Source of the DNA: Octopus sinensis
Lineage: Eukaryota
Length of the DNA stretch: 64,000 bases
Direction of reading: 5' to 3'
Assembly (NCBI RefSeq): GCF_006345805.1
Contig: NC_043000.1
Location: 54,374,001-54,438,000 of the forward strand
Part shown: positions 26,470 through 40,821 of the stretch, piece after piece
How the letters are laid out: each line of letters opens with the position of its first letter
Numbering within the stretch: position 1 is the stretch's first letter
The notes under the pieces: model-generated
What the model was told of the DNA's origin: nothing
Seen by the model: the letters and a program-made list of their open reading frames with translations, nothing else
Database searches by the model: none
Position numbers and translations under genes: made by a program

Positions 26470-28045
26470 TAACGATAAACGCGTTCTTTGAACCTGTTTA
26501 CAAGAGAATTCTCCGAGAACAGAACGAGATACTGTTCTTCGTTACAGAGCGGACAAAAGGATTTACCTTTATCATATGGAAAAGATCTAGATAGAATATT
26601 CCATTCCAAATCGAATTATTTATTATGTTCTTTAAGAGGCCAAATTAATTTATTTACTAAGCACAGTATTGTTGCGTTTATTGATATGTCTAGATGTAGA
26701 GCAATGTTTAGATATTCGTTTGGACAGTTGAGATGAAGAACTACGTATGTAAAAAAATACATCAGAACAGGAAGTAATTTTACATTGATAGACAGAGTTT
26801 CTAGTCTTAGAGTTACTGCTAAAGAAACGAATACGATTCGAATTTATATCAGAAATACTAATATTGTTTTTATTATTGACCAAAGAATGGTTAATGTTAA
26901 TAATATCAATGTTATTTTCATTAAGTGGATTTGCATTTAACAAGTTATTGTTATGCGAAGAGATGATTTGTGAAAGGTTTTTGGTGTTTGAAAACCCTAT
27001 TCTATCAGTGTGAATTGATAATGTAATTGTATTTGAATTTCGGGGGAAATTCTTATCTACAGCTTCACGAAACTGGTAAGGGAGGTTGAATTTGATCTAC
27101 TTACCCTATGAAATTATCAACTAAACAGTTTTACTGAGGCATACCTTGTTATTAGGGTAATTATCTTTCAAAGTCCTAAATTTACATTTGTAACGTAGAA
27201 AGGGTCTTAAAGAACAGTTATCTCCCTTATGCTGCAATATTACATTTTTCGATTTAGTGTTGTTATTCGAATTAAAATTTATATTGTTATTACTGTTATG
27301 ATGTGATTTCATGTCCTGTCTAATAGGGATAGAATTAATGTCAATATGGTTAATATAGTTAATTTTGTCTTTAAGCCTGCTTTAAGTAATACAGTGTTAT
27401 AATATTCGGCTTTATCGTTGAAGATATCAGCATTGGCAGATAATCTAGAAAGTCTAAGTGAAATATTTCTAATTAAATTCCTAATAATAACATTTGGATG
27501 ATTACTGAAGGAGCTAATATATTTTTAGTTAGTTGAGGGTTTATGGTATGGGAAATATGAATCATTACGTAAGTTAAAGGTAATATCCAAAAAGTTGACT
27601 TTAGTTATATCATCAACGAAAACAATGTTTAAGACAATGTTCCGGAAAAATTTAACCAACCTACTTTTAACCCTTTGTAATTTTTGGCTAGAAACATTTT
27701 GAAGGTAGCTTAGACATTCGTTACGATATAGACCTCCATTGATGTTTGGGAATTGGTCAAGCATCTCAGAAAGGAAATATATATTCCGACCATATCAGCC
27801 AATTGTTTTGAGTCTAAACGTCCCAATCGTGACATCAAAACTGTCAGGCGTATCTTTACAGACCCACAGCTTGTTTTCAAATTTAATGATTGATTTTCTG
27901 GCAGCTAACACCACATTAATTTCAACCCGGGTGAGACCTGCTTTGTTGTGTGCGAACCAGAGTGCGTTGTTGAGTACAATAGGGTTAATAGAGAGTGGTA
28001 ACTAGAAATGTCGAACTGGACATACGCGGTAATCGCATTCGGTTA
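26470..28045 (-). mobile_element. Penelope-like element fragment (RT + GIY-YIG endonuclease), decayed
   Basis: VQFDIS, FDVTIG, GLYRNE (GLYRDD), KVNFLDITFNL, YHKP, then VYQCKIT...FYI...SKH...LSK and CPLCNEEQ. Confidence 0.85.
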
Positions 28046-28117
28046 AAATGGCTCATTGATGTATTTTGTTTCTCTTTGCTCCCTGGTTAGATGAGTATAT
28101 TGTTTTACATCATTTTA

Positions 28118-28164
28118 TTCCCTCAGGAATAATACCAATGTTTTCTTCGAAACATATGTCGGAA
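28118..28164 (+). ncRNA. Degenerate minimal hammerhead ribozyme motif
   Basis: Stem I TTCC/GGAA, GAA, palindromic ACATATGT and a GUC cleavage triplet; core CTCAGGA (G5 mutated) and stem II poor. Confidence 0.45.
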
Positions 28165-28659
28165 GTATAAAGATTTGAATAACACTTGTGTTTAACTCCA
28201 TTTATTAATTTATACACACACACACACGCACAAGCACACACTCACTGTTATGTCTATTTAAGCGATTAACTTTCCATATTATATGTGTTTCTCTTGGATA
28301 TCGTAAATGAGAACCAAATGCCCCTCTGCTCATTTACTTACTTTCATGTGATATTAACTCATTAAGTACTATCTAAAATTGAATGCCAAATCGGTGTTTG
28401 AATATCATGGTGTCAACTTTGTACATATTGTGCATGTTTTTAAGACAGATATTGAAGCTTTTAAGTTTTTTTTATGCACGATGCAGTGATATCCATTTCG
28501 GAATACTTACAATGTTTTCAACTGTAATTTAGTATCTGTTCTTCTAACCCATTTTGATGAAAATGTTTCAGTTTTTTTACACAAGAGTATTGAACGAAAG
28601 CTTTCATCATCTCTCAGAATTTCTTTGATATGCACACAAGGATAAATACACGCACATGC

Positions 28660-28980
<321 letters not shown>

Positions 28981-29289
28981 AGTGCGCGCGCGCTTGTAGA
29001 ACCCTAGCTAGAGGCAAAATGAAGATGATTGAAAAGAAGCACTTAATTTTGTTGTTTTATATATATCCCACCTAAACCTCCGGCCAAGCATTTGTATACT
29101 ATCTCTATTTTATCTTGTGAAACGTAAGAAAATTATTACCTTTGGTATTGTAGCACCATTATATTTTCCGATGACAATTGATTTTAAAATAACACTCTCT
29201 CTCTTTCTCTCTCTCCCCCTCTTTAACTCTCATATATATTTTTTGTGTGTGTTTGTATGTGTGTGTATATGGCTGTATACACACACATG

Positions 29290-29325
<36 letters not shown>

Positions 29326-29574
29326 GATGCATATATATATACATATATATATATACATGTATATATATATATAATGTACATGTGTGAATAGATGTGTACG
29401 TACATACACACACAGGTACAGTCTATAATGATTGGATGTTATGAGCGCTAGAAATATGGATGCGGCAATCGAAATGAAATGGGGTGCTCTCCAGTCTTTA
29501 ATTTGTTCTATTCTGTTAATCATTTTCAGGCTCCACTTGTGTTTTCTTTGATATATATATATATATATATATCT

Positions 29575-29650
29575 GTATGTATGTATGTATGTATGTATGT
29601 ATGTATGTATGTATGTATGTATGTATGTATGTATGTATGTGTATGTATGT
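29575..29650. repeat. (TATG)n microsatellite
   Basis: Direct observation. Confidence 0.95.
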
Positions 29651-29784
29651 ATTGTGGCTTTTGAGTTGTTTTAACTCTTACTTTTAGCAATGGCGATGTC
29701 AGTCAATATCCCCTGTCACTTTTGTGACGTCTAGTAATTTTGCCTTTAGGTTCTACTAGCTAATAAGCCCCCCTTTTTAATTTA

Positions 29785-29818
<34 letters not shown>

Positions 29819-30809
29819 AAATGAGAAAATGGAGAAATACACCTTAATCAATAATCAACTACCAGATAATACCCATTCACATAATTTATTAACCAACTAC
29901 ATATGAGCATCAAGGTCAAACATAATAGTACAGAACAAAACAGTGCCCATCAATGAGTAATATGATACAATAAGTACAATATGTATAAATAAATATAAAT
30001 AAATATAAATATAAACTACATCTTACAGCTGTTTCAGCCATGTAGATATGAGCATCTCATTATGCTCATATTAGCCAGGTGTGATAAGTTAATATGTGGT
30101 TATAAATGAGACACTTACAAATATATCCCAAGGCCTCTTCAGAGATTATAAAGTACAATCCAGATATGAATATCAGAGAAGGTACATCTATACAAGAATG
30201 AGTACATACACATAATATATAATATACACATACATATACGTGTATATACACATGCACCTATATATATATACGTATATACATAATAATATATAATAATATA
30301 CATACATATATATAAGGTTACAGTTAGTCAAATCAACATATTATAATATTAGAATATACAAACATACACATATCCACATGAAAATGTACATATACAAAGT
30401 CAAGAGTTCATTATATTAAGTTACAAAATGCCATTAATATTATTATTATTATTATAATTATTATTACTATTATTAATAATAATAATACTAGTAAAATAAT
30501 ATGTGCATCACGCCATTCACAGTACATATTAGGTGGAAAAAACGCCATAGAATACATCAGCATCATAATATAGTGAAATAGTAACATAATAATAAAAATA
30601 CAATACAATACAAAACATTATAGATCCACAAACACATGTGAAATGAAAAATATTGATTTACATCATAGAAAAATCCAGAAGTGTACATGCATATAAACGC
30701 ATACAAATCAGTGTTGACGTGATGGATATTTAGTAGTAGGTTTAAAAATAAATTAAGATTGAAAGCTCAATACGATTGTCTGGCACATTGAAATTTCAAT
30801 CACAACCCC

Positions 30810-30990
30810 TATCTCAATATATATATATATAGTTCAAATTTACTGAAGACAGGTGTAGGAACAACAAGCAGGTGTATTAATTTAACGCTCGGGAAGAATG
30901 GAAATGTCTTTTACATTTCGAGCCTACGCTCTTCAACAAAAAGGATGAAGACGAAAAAACAGAGAGTATGAAAAAGACGGAGAGATTATG
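30810..30990 (-). mobile_element. Short Penelope-associated-type repeat with decayed hammerhead (30908-30943)
   Basis: Reverse strand CTTT-TTGTTGA-A-GAGC gtag GCTC-GAA-ATGT-A-AAAG; downstream ttcccgagcgt...cttgtt...aactata is shared with 59500-59675. Confidence 0.6.
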
Positions 30991-31989
30991 AAAAAAGAAA
31001 CGAAGAGAGGTGCGCGTTTGTGTTTGCTTAAATCGATGTTGTATAGCAAGTAATATCTACTTCCTCAGAATTTTAGGGCCTTTTCTAAATGGACCGAATT
31101 TTATTCTGTTGTATGTACCAAATATAACGAAAGAATGAAATACTGCCCAGCTCAGTCGAGAATACATTGTAATATCAATAGGATAAAAAGGCTATATAGT
31201 TGGGATATATAAAATCATTGTTGAAAATATTTTTCCCTAAGCAGAAAATATGCCTTGAAAAGCCAAAATTCCCACAAGAATTTCAAAACGTTCATAATTA
31301 ATTTGAACTGGACACTTCCTAAACATCAAGGACCACAGTACCAAAATATTGTGACCAACATTGTAGTAGACACAACTACATAAAAGTTTCCTCACTTAAA
31401 GAATAAATGCTGGAAATATTGCATAACTGGATGATGTTGGTTGAAGCAGTACGTTAGACGCTACTTAAGGCTTAAAGAAAATTCCCTCAAGGGTCATACT
31501 AATATAAACTCGTTATACAGATGCTAAATGGAATGTAAAGCGACACATTGAAATCAGAAACATATGCCAAAATTTTCAAACTCATTGTGTTTACTTACAA
31601 AATAACTACCACAGTAAACTAGTCTTCCTAAATATCTGAATCATAATTATGTCTAATAACAGGAAAACCTCATCCTTGAAGAAAACTGAATATTAGAAAG
31701 ATAATCGAAGAACTGACATAAATTATTCAGAAAAACAGTATTCAACGAAAACTTGACGTTGAATTATGTATCTTCCACAGAAGGAGAGTGCAAAGAAAAG
31801 TGAGAATCCATAGCCAACGCTGCACAGACGAAACACGAAGCGAAATTCCTACAATAAAAATCATAAGCGGGTGTCTCTGTATGGGTCGTTTCAAGTTTGT
31901 TCTTTGTTGACCCCCTTAAACTATGTTTTTATGTATGTATGTACGCATATATGTATGAATGCTTGCATGTATGTATATATATATGTATA

Positions 31990-32076
<87 letters not shown>

Positions 32077-32082
32077 TGTATC

Positions 32083-32129
<47 letters not shown>

Positions 32130-32133
<4 letters not shown>

Positions 32134-32664
32134 CCCAAAACGCCCCCCGTCCAATAGACGGTGCTGAATCAAATCTGCTGAATAAAAAGCAATCAGTGTT
32201 TTCTTTTCATTAGAAAATAATTAAGCATACCTTTATTTCAATAAAAATTTGAGTTTTGGTAAATAAATTTAAGGCAAAAAATCTTGAGAAACCAAATAGT
32301 CTTTCCGTCCGTCGTGCCAAGTTTGAAGAAAATATTTCTTTTGCATCTTACTTTTTTGGTCTCTTAAATATATTGCATTTTGTGGCATTATTTCAAGCCA
32401 GGTGCTTTTTTGCTCAAACTGCACGTGCATTCTTCTCGCGTACGCGTAGTATCGGTCGCAACAGCTGATGTATTTGCGCGTACAAATGCACGTTCTCACG
32501 GATTTATCGATCCCATTCTCACCTGGAATCGATTTATGTAATTTTTTCATGACGTATACACTCCCTGATATCGTCGTCGGTATCTACATATCAAATTTGA
32601 GCGCAATCGGATAGAGGATGCCCGAGGTGTTAGAAGACACCACACAGGCAAAGAGAACGGATTT

Positions 32665-32675
<11 letters not shown>
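32130..32675 (+). mobile_element. Putative non-autonomous Helitron/HINE-like element
   Basis: 5' hairpin CCGTC caata GACGG; 3' ATCAAATTTGAGCGCAATCGG...ACACAGGCAAA...ATTTTATTTTATATATA resembles invertebrate Helitron-N ends; inserted in (TA)n. Confidence 0.4.
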
Positions 32676-32710
<35 letters not shown>

Positions 32711-32712
32711 TA

Positions 32713-32805
<93 letters not shown>

Positions 32806-33419
32806 GTATTTACACATATGTATGTATAGATGGATGGATGGATGTTAACTATCTTTTACAAAAAGAATGAAGTAAAGTTATTCCACTAACAAATAAGCGT
32901 ATAGGAAGTACCTGCGATTAGTTTTACATAATCTTCCCTTGTAATAGGAAGATATTCTTATTAGGTCTTAACATAAGGCACGGCGATATCGAATAAATAT
33001 TTGCGTATGTGTGCTAGAATGTATGCTTAAAATAATACTATTTTTTTCCGTATATGTGCCTCAGTATAAATTGAATATGCTATTTTCTTGCATGAAATCG
33101 TTTATTCTAAGTTGTAGTAATTTTAGAATATGAGAAATCCCTAGTAGCTTTTTACGTATAGATTACGTTTTTCAGATTCATTTCAAATACAAGATGTAAT
33201 TTCTGAAGCCTGTTTTTATAACATTAGATCGATAAAATAATACATTTGTTGTGATTCATGGCGCGCTTATTATGGTGTAATTATGATATTAGTTACTGTG
33301 CAGGTTTTGAAGATTTGGTGTCGATATCATATTAATTATATTATTGTAGTTTAGATCTAAACTACCGTTAATGAAGGAAATATATGTTTCAAGCCTTGCT
33401 CGCTCCGACGTTTACATTT

Positions 33420-34598
33420 TGCATCTTTTTGCATGAGATTAGAAACCACATTATCTGGTTCAAACACTACGTTACATCTTTGTTACACTCATTTGAAATG
33501 GAATTGTCAATGTGCGATATTCGAGCAATTTTGCTATTCAACTTGAGAAAAGGACATAAAGAAGCTGAAACTCGTGATAACAACGAAACGTTTGGTGAAG
33601 AAATGACCAGTAAGTGATCAACTCGAAAATGGTTTAAAAGATTTCGCTGTGGAAACCTGAGCCTTGAAGATCATGAGCATAGTGGAAGCCATCTGTCATT
33701 GATGACGGTCAATTAAAGACAGTCATTGGTAAAGATCCACAAAAACATCACTCAAGAACTGGCTAAAGATTTTCAAGTTAGCCAGAAAACAGCCTGCAGC
33801 CATTTGCTTGCAGTCGGAAAATAAAAAAAAGCTCGACAAATGGGTACCACATGATTTGAATGAAAAAAAGAAAATGTACTGATATGAAATATGCTCGTCG
33901 CTTCTTCTGCTTAACCAGACCGATCCATTTCTCGACTGTACTATAACTTGCGATGAAAAGTGGATTCTTTACAATAATAAAAAACGTTCTTCGCATTGGT
34001 TTAACCGAAATGAAGGACCAAAAACTTTCCTTAAACCTGAGCTCTTCAAAAAGATTATGGTGACTGTTTCGTGATGTACTACTGGACTCATCCACTATAA
34101 CGACTTAAAACCCGAAAAAGCCATTACTTCAGAAACATATTGCCATGAACTTGCCAAAATGAACGAAAAGCTGCTCCTCCTCCGTCCCAGACAGGTCAAC
34201 AGTAGAGGGCCAATTATTCTTCATGACAATGCTCCACCACAGGTTTCATTAATGACGCTCCAGTAGTTGAGAAAACTTGGCTATGAAGATCTTTCTAACC
34301 CAGCTTATTTCCCAGACCTTTCTACTACCGACAACCGCTTTTAACATGTACCTTGATAGTCTCCTGCGAGAGAAGGAATTCAAAAGTCAAACCGATGCTG
34401 AAAGTGCGTTTAAAGTGTTCATCAGCTCCAGAACACCAGATTTTTATGTTGCCGGAATAAACTAACCTGTAACTTTTTGGCAAAAATGTGTTGATTGTAA
34501 TGATACTTACTTTCATGAATAACATTTCCGCTTTGTTGAAATATATTGTTATGAATATGGTGTTTCGAAAATTTGCTTACTTTTTACTCAGCCTGACA
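33420..34598 (+). mobile_element. Decayed mariner (DD34D)
   Basis: DIRAILLFNLRKG, KWVPHDL, TCDEKWILY and LHDNAPP motifs; right TIR-like end; left end not resolved. Confidence 0.9.
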
Positions 34599-35599
34599 TA
34601 TATTGATCCACTTCAGTTGTAACACCAATTGTCTTAAAAAGGAAGGATATATATATATATATATTATATATATATATATATATGAATATGTATATATATA
34701 TCCGCAGAAAAATGTTTTCCTCGCTACATTACACACGAAGAAGCGAAAAAAACATAGATAGATGGTCGCAACTGGAACAATATTTATCATAAGTTTGCTT
34801 AATTAGGTTTGAACTGGGCTAAAAAAATTACTTCATGGAAACTATATGTTAGCTAGCTTGGTGTATGACACTGAATCCAGATCTTCAGTTCTTGAAACTA
34901 TCTCCTTCAATTTTCGCACAGTACAATAGAAAAAAATATTACATTATTCCATTGAAAGTTATATAACGATTTATGGCATGTAAGAAATAAAATCATATTT
35001 AATGAGAGTTTCATTTAATATCTAAATTACTATATGGCAGTGAATTTATAGCGTAAATTTTAATGTCATTTTGTGACTGATGTGTATTTTATACAGTGAA
35101 ATAATAAAATAAAACCCTTGAAATGTGAGGTATGACTAAATATAGTCTATACATTATTATATTATGAACGCAAAAAAAATTATATATGAATAGTTGCCTG
35201 TAACACTAACCTCTCTAGTCATAAACTGAAAATGTTTCTTTTTCTGTTATGTCATTGCAAAAACCTCTTCTGCCATTGCATGCTGACAATAATAAGAGTT
35301 ATGAATGCAAATACATTTGGGACACGAGAGGGGAAAGTTATTTAACGGAATTGAATTATTCTCAGTTAGGACAAGCATTGAAATAAGCTTCAGGAAATAA
35401 TGCGTAAAGATGAAAAATCCATTCTCTTGAAACCTCCATTAAGGTTAACATTTCTTTATAAGTATAGTAACTCTCTGTAAATAAGTAAGTAAAGAGATTA
35501 ATCGTACTCGAAGCAAAAGAGGTTTGCGAAAATTGTAAGGATTCAAAAACTTTCTTATAAAAAGCATATGGTATATATGCAAATATACATACACGCACA

Positions 35600-35662
35600 T
35601 GATGTTTTTTGATTTTTCCAGTTTCAGCTCATGAGCTGTGGCCATGCTGGGACACCGCCATT
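35600..35662 (-). mobile_element. Isolated 3' tail of the CR1-like LINE
   Basis: Sense GGCGGTGTCCCAGCATGGCCACAGCTCATGAGCTGAAACT matches 25521-25566. Confidence 0.75.
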
Positions 35663-35665
35663 TGT

Positions 35666-35790
<125 letters not shown>

Positions 35791-38199
35791 ATATATATGT
35801 ATGTATATATGTATGTATGTATGTATAGATGTAATGTGCTGATCGATGAGGTGATAATGGGAAAGTATCAGACTTTTAAAAACTATGCTGGTAGCCTCTG
35901 TTCAACTGAGAATTCATGGCCCAAAAGATGTCAAATCCATTTATTGTTGAACGTAGGCCAAAAACCTCATGCGCAGATTGAGAATGTGATCGGGTTGGAA
36001 GAATGTCAGCATCCTGGTGTACACGGGGCTTATACATGTTGCATCGTGTTACGTCTTTGTAAATTGTCTTTATTTGTAGTTATCTTTTGTACCAAAAATA
36101 AAAATGCAGAAGCAAGAAAAAATAATATCGTCTCATTCTGAATATCACCAGCACCAGGCCTGGTCATATTCGGCTGCGCAGAAAATGAGTGGCGTTCTTT
36201 GGCAGAGGACCTGCTAGAGTCTATAAGTAACGCTTCTATTAATCTGCTTTCGTCAATGGGTGACAAAGAGGAAAAATGTAGGTGTGCAAGTAATGTGACT
36301 GGGCAAAGTAAGTGGATTGAAGTCTCATAAACACGGACAACAGTTACATAGGATCACCTGAATATGTTATTATTATAAAAGAGTACCTTATTAAAAATAT
36401 GAGTCACTGGATAGAGAAGGAGAGAAATATGAAAGTAATCCATACCTGATTTTCTCATAGAGCTTGATTATATCGAAACCATTAAGTCTTCCTTAAAGAC
36501 CAGAACACAATTTATAAACCCGACAAAGGAGCCCCTACAAGAAATAGGCAATGACACAGCCTCGCGGGTACATTCAGAAGTTTCAGTCTGAGGAATATGG
36601 TCGGAATCACGAGGAATTATGTTCATATGTAAGCATTGGTTTATCACTGTTCTGTGGTTAATCTACCCCTATATATGTTTTCAGTGAGAAAATCTTAAAC
36701 ATATTAACCTGTTGTAATATATGATGTTAGCTTCAATCAGTCAGTGAATGAATTACTCACTCAATTGATCAATCAATATACATATATGTATGTATGTATG
36801 CATTAATGTATGTATGTATGTATGTATGTATATTTGTATGTATGTATGTATGTATGTATGTATATATATGTGTGTATCTAATTACATATATGTAAATACA
36901 TTTACGCATATATGCAGAAAGAGAGAGAGAGAGAGATGCCAATATGTATAATCACACATATTCTCAATTGTCTTTAACCCTTTCCCTTTTACAAGGCCTG
37001 TTTTCTGTTCTGCATATGAGCCCTGATGGCGAATGAAGAGAATGTTATGATTATCATCATTATCATTATCATGATCGCCAATATTAATGTCTATTTGTGT
37101 TGGTAGCACATTCAGTTTTCACTGATAATTCAAAATCTAGGAAGAAAGCAAAAGATTTTGGCAATGGTATGTCATAAACCTTCAGGTCAAAATAATGCAT
37201 AGATTTTCTGAATATTATTTTATATTCACAGAAAGAGATGCAAATGCCAATACTCTATTAGTTTCCATTTTCTAGATGTCTATGAAATGTCTATTGATTA
37301 GTGCTAAATTTGTTAGGTATATTGAATAGTTCAGTTAGATGGACTGATACTTTTATTCTTTAAGTTGCCGAGAACTTCCTTTCAAAGTTAAGAAACCAGA
37401 AATGCAAAAGAAAATGTTAAATAAAATAAGTTATCTTCAGACAATCTTTAAGGTTGACAGAAAATCCATATTTCTAATACTTTCTTTTAGTCATTCATCA
37501 TACAATTCAAGAGAAGAGATATCAGTGAATGTCATATATTGCCCAACATTATATACTGTATTGTTACATTGTTAATATAAATCTCTCACTACTTCTCATC
37601 AATAAAATAAATAAATACACAAACGTAAACCACACATCTAATAAAAAATAAATAAATATGTCCAGATAACATCTTGATTTCCTTTTAATGAAACTGAACA
37701 AATGATAGAGGGCAAAATTAATACGCAAACCTATATATGATATACAAACAAACAGAAAAATAAAATTTATAGAATATGTTATGCGGAAAAATGAATGACT
37801 ACCTTTGAGCAATCAAATATTTCATCTTGAGAGTTATGAATGGCAATAGTATTGTGAAAAATCAACTAGTAATTTATCACAAAATAAGGGCAGGGAGCTA
37901 ATAGGGAGGGTAAGTTTTTCTTTCTTAAATCAATAAACTTAATGTCAGCATATGCATTACATACACACACGTGTATAGAAAATATATATGGCTAAATATA
38001 TATATATTTATATATACACACATATTTATAAATATATATATACTAAAATATATATAAATTTAATTATACAAATATGTGCATGTATGTTGCCATATATAAG
38101 TATCCAATCAACTGTATGAATAGACACACATACACACATAGACATATTTATCTAGATATACATGTATTTGTAGGACTTATATGCATATATATATATATT

Positions 38200-38232
<33 letters not shown>

Positions 38233-38430
38233 GTATGTACGTATGTATACGAATATATTTGTGTGAAAAATAAAACACATGAACTCTCTTAATTGGGTAT
38301 AATTCAATGCTAATTTACGAACGATTACAAATGTTGTCGGTTTGCGATATACGAGTCTGATAGGGAAGAAACTGAAATAAAATTACGATATTTATCAAGT
38401 AGAATGAGACTATTATCAAAGGCCAAAATA

Positions 38431-38522
38431 TATTTGATAAACTTATTCACATATATATATGCAGTAATCCCCCGACTATCACGCGCGTTACATTCCAAAA
38501 CTCGCGATAGTCGGGGGATTAC

Positions 38523-38582
<60 letters not shown>

Positions 38583-38597
38583 TAAGTTTATCAAATA
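38431..38597. repeat. Nested fold-back: 19-bp IR / (TA)n / 19-bp Tigger-like TIR pair
   Basis: 38431-38449 vs 38579-38597 and 38462-38480 vs 38506-38524 are perfect inverted repeats. Confidence 0.9.
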
Positions 38598-39531
38598 CTC
38601 TATAGGGTTCATATCTGGTGGTTGGCTTGCTTGGCTATGGAAGCTTTCTAATGCCATTGTTTTCCAACAAATCTTGGGTAATTTTAACCGTGTGACAAGG
38701 AATCTCATCTTCCAAAAATAGAGAGTCTTCTTTAATCATTTCACCACTGGAGAAGTTTGGAAGGAGTCCCTTCTGGAGTATGGATACATATGTATTTGAG
38801 TTTATCGTTCCCTCACACTCCACCAGCTTTGATCAATCACTGCTTCAAATTGTTCCTCAGGCCGTCACAGAATAGCTGCTGTGTTTCATTGCTGGTTTCG
38901 ATCTTTTCACATAAAATTATTGATCACATATTCTCCAGACCCACACTCGACCACTATCAAGAAATACAGCGAATCTGAACTCATCAGAGAATATGACAGT
39001 GTCCCAAAATGCTAATGGTCTCACCCCCATCTCACTGAACCAATCTTTTCTCTGCTGCATATTGGCTTCTTTCTTCCTGCTCTACTATAGTAACAAAGTT
39101 TTTGGAGATACCTGACAGCTGTTCTGGGACTGACATCAACTTGCTCTGCTATGTCAGAGGTCTTGCAAAGCGGATTATCCTCCACACTCTCTTAGCAAAG
39201 AGAAGGGTTCTGTCAGAAGGCTCTGGTTGATCTGGACAGGGTGATGTGGACACTTTCCCCTCTCTGGTGAATTGCACAGTCACTCTATTAACTGTAGAAA
39301 GCGGGATCCCAAGGTTTTCTGGTATTTTACGCTGACTATACCCACCTTCAGAATACGACCACTTTGAAATTCAGACAGTGCCGAGGCTTTTTTGTACATG
39401 GCATGATCAAACAGTCACATATAGAATCTGAAACAAAAATGTCAATTAATAAGAAATATAAACCATTACAAGTTAGAATAAACTGAAAACAATGTTTTAT
39501 GGGATGTCTATTTACTTCTAACATCTGTGTG
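38598..39531 (-). mobile_element. Tc1-family (DD34E) element, 3'-truncated
   Basis: WDTVIFSDE, EGTINSNTYVSILQ, FLEDEIPCHT and PDMNPIE motifs; 5' end TA-CACACAG. Confidence 0.88.
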
Positions 39532-40224
39532 TATATATACATACATACATACATACAATTCCAAACCAAAACTGTCCGACGAACGATTCTGTAAAAAGTC
39601 AACACTAAATAACATTTAAAAAGAGCAAGAATATAAACTAGAAAATCGACACTTCGGCATTGTTTGCAGCTCCTGGACACACCCTATCAATGGGTTCGAA
39701 GAGTTGGTAATATACTATTTGGCGTCATATTGAGTGTACTGGAAACTTTATTAAGCACAACGATCGATTCGGCTTACTTCTGCACTGCTTCGTAGTGAGG
39801 CGAGCGGCATAACAGAATTGAATGCACTCCAAAGGGAAGAAGAAATCTCCTCGGGTTACCAGTGTTATAAGATGCATATTTCGCTAATATGTGTGGCAGG
39901 ATGGTGTTGGTAGCATACGTATGTTTTAAGTTGCTCCCAAATACTTTAATGACGCAGGTTGTCTGGTGTATATTCGAGGAGAGTTTGATAAAGAATACAA
40001 AAATTCAACGTAAAGAATGAAAGGGGAAGTTAGAATGAAAGGACTCTAAAGATTGTGGTGGCAACGTGGTCAAGAATTTGGTGGGAGTGTGGTTTAGTTC
40101 TTTATAAATTGGTGGTAGGAGTGTGGCAATATTCTAACGTACACCAAAACAACGTTTGAACATTACAATTTGAAGCCCTCTAACTCAACTTTGATTGTGT
40201 ATATAGAGTAATAGCTCGGAACAT

Positions 40225-40256
40225 GGCGATTCACCTATCGCGGGGAGGTTTGGAAC

Positions 40257-40259
<3 letters not shown>
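40225..40259 (-). mobile_element. Tigger/pogo-like MITE subterminal fragment
   Basis: Reverse TACGTTCCAAACCTCCCCGCGATAGG matches the spacer of the 38462-38524 mini-element. Confidence 0.55.
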
Positions 40260-40299
<40 letters not shown>

Positions 40300-40300
<1 letters not shown>

Positions 40301-40710
40301 GCACAGGGGCAGCTCTGTGGTAAGAAGCTTGCTTTTCAACCACATGATTCCGAGTTTAGTCCCACTGTGTGGCACCCTAAGCAAATGTTTTCTACTGTAG
40401 CATCGGGCTGATTAAGGCCTTCTGAGTGGATTTAGGAGACGGAAACTGAAAGAAGCCCGTCGCATATATGAGTGTGTGTGACCGCGTGTGTGTGACCGCA
40501 TGTTTGTCCCCACATCATCGCTTGACCATCGGTGGCCGTGTGTTTACGTCCCTGTAACCTAGTGGTTCGGTCAGAGACCGATAGAATAAATGATAAAATT
40601 TTAAAATAAATTCTGGAGTCGATTTGTTCGACTAAAACCATTCAAGGCGCCGCTTCAGCATGGTAGCAGCCAAATGACAGACAGAATGAGAATAATAAAA
40701 GATAAAAAGA
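40300..40710 (+). mobile_element. Family B CORE-like SINE, full length
   Basis: Head GTGGTAAGAAGCTT...GAGTTTAGTCCC, CORE-like GGCACCCTAAGCAAATG, TG tract and 3' module. Confidence 0.88.
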
Positions 40711-40746
40711 GTATATATAAGTGTATATATATGTATATATATATAC

Positions 40747-40821
<75 letters not shown>

